A stretch of DNA of 64,000 nucleotides from NCBI GenBank assembly GCA_002633005.1, contig NMRA01000014.1:1398838-1462837 (forward strand). Reading direction: 5' to 3'. This DNA comes from Phoronis australis (Eukaryota > Animalia > Phoronida). Numbering within the stretch: the first letter of the stretch is position 1; each line of letters begins with the position of its first letter. The notes beneath the pieces were generated by a model. That model was not told where the DNA came from. It saw only the letters and a list, made by a program, of their open reading frames with translations, and did no database searches. This document shows positions 63,236 to 64,000 of this stretch, one piece after another. The position numbers were made by a program, and so were the translations under genes.

Positions 63236-64000
63236 CTATAAGCTCAATGAACGAAAAAGTAGTACGAGTCAAGTGCAAGCTACAAATATAAATGGGAGGA
63301 AATATGTACAAAAATAGAGGACAGAATGTCTATGCACATAGAGTAAATGAAAATAGAAGTATAAAATGATAACACTTGGCATTGCCGCAATAGAGACCAC
63401 GCTGACATTCCCAACCTTGGTATAAAAAGTGAGTTAAAACATTGATAAAGCCGATAAAGGTGCGGATATATTCGGCCCGGCCGGGTACACAATGATTTAT
63501 TTTTCTTACCCGCAGCAACTAGCAAAGTGCCGTCTTCCATCGACCATATCTGCATTTTGCAGAGAGGTAGTGATACTCGTACAAAATCAAGAAATACTTA
63601 GTAATATTTATTGACTTACTAGAGTCTTCCTCGTCAATTTGGGAAGACGATCGCTTCAGAGCAGACTTCAAATGCACACTGGAGGCATCCATTTTTCACG
63701 CCGTGTGTGTTGTACGTCATCAGAATACGCGTTTGCGGAGACCAAAACCTAATTTTGGAAACAAAGTTTTTTATCAGAAACATAAAAATGTGACAAAAAG
63801 TTAAAAAAGACAAAAGCAAAATAAAAATGCCACATAAACGAAATTTTGTTTAACATTTTCAATTAGTGGACATATTCGTCAAAATAGGCTTTTGGGACGC
63901 TTATGAAACTGCGGTGTTAGTGATGACGAAGTTCGTCAACAAAAGCAGACCTGTGCAGGAGAGCTGTGCACTGACAATATTCTCGGGCAAGAAGAGAACG

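Overview
AT-rich, intron-containing animal DNA, most like a marine invertebrate such as a mollusc (inference from gene and repeat content), with one ~825-N gap. The window has three parts. (1) 847-29.5 kb, + strand: a 5'-truncated multi-exon gene for a large mosaic extracellular protein with the order CTL - short fibrinogen-like segment - CTL - WSC - F5/8C - WSC - 15 CCP/sushi - WSC. The CCP exons form tandem three-exon cassettes, and the introns hold minisatellites, a LINE remnant, Penelope-like fragments and MITEs. (2) ~31-49 kb: a CpG-richer, transposon-dense island. It contains an intact, intronless type II glycosyltransferase that fuses a B4GALNT1/2-like domain to a B4GALNT3/4-like domain, a decayed AcademX DNA transposon (42300-48803) with a hAT-like element nested inside it, and several MITEs with 5-bp TSDs. 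(3) 49.5-62.3 kb, - strand: USP39 (Sad1), with 12 exons mapped, one of them duplicated (probably an assembly artefact), and an antisense nested 376-aa orphan ORF followed by AATAAA. The most notable observations are the double glycosyltransferase, intronic minisatellites that copy pieces of neighbouring exons or splice donors, and the nested orphan ORF. All assignments come from reading the sequence by eye; no searches were run.
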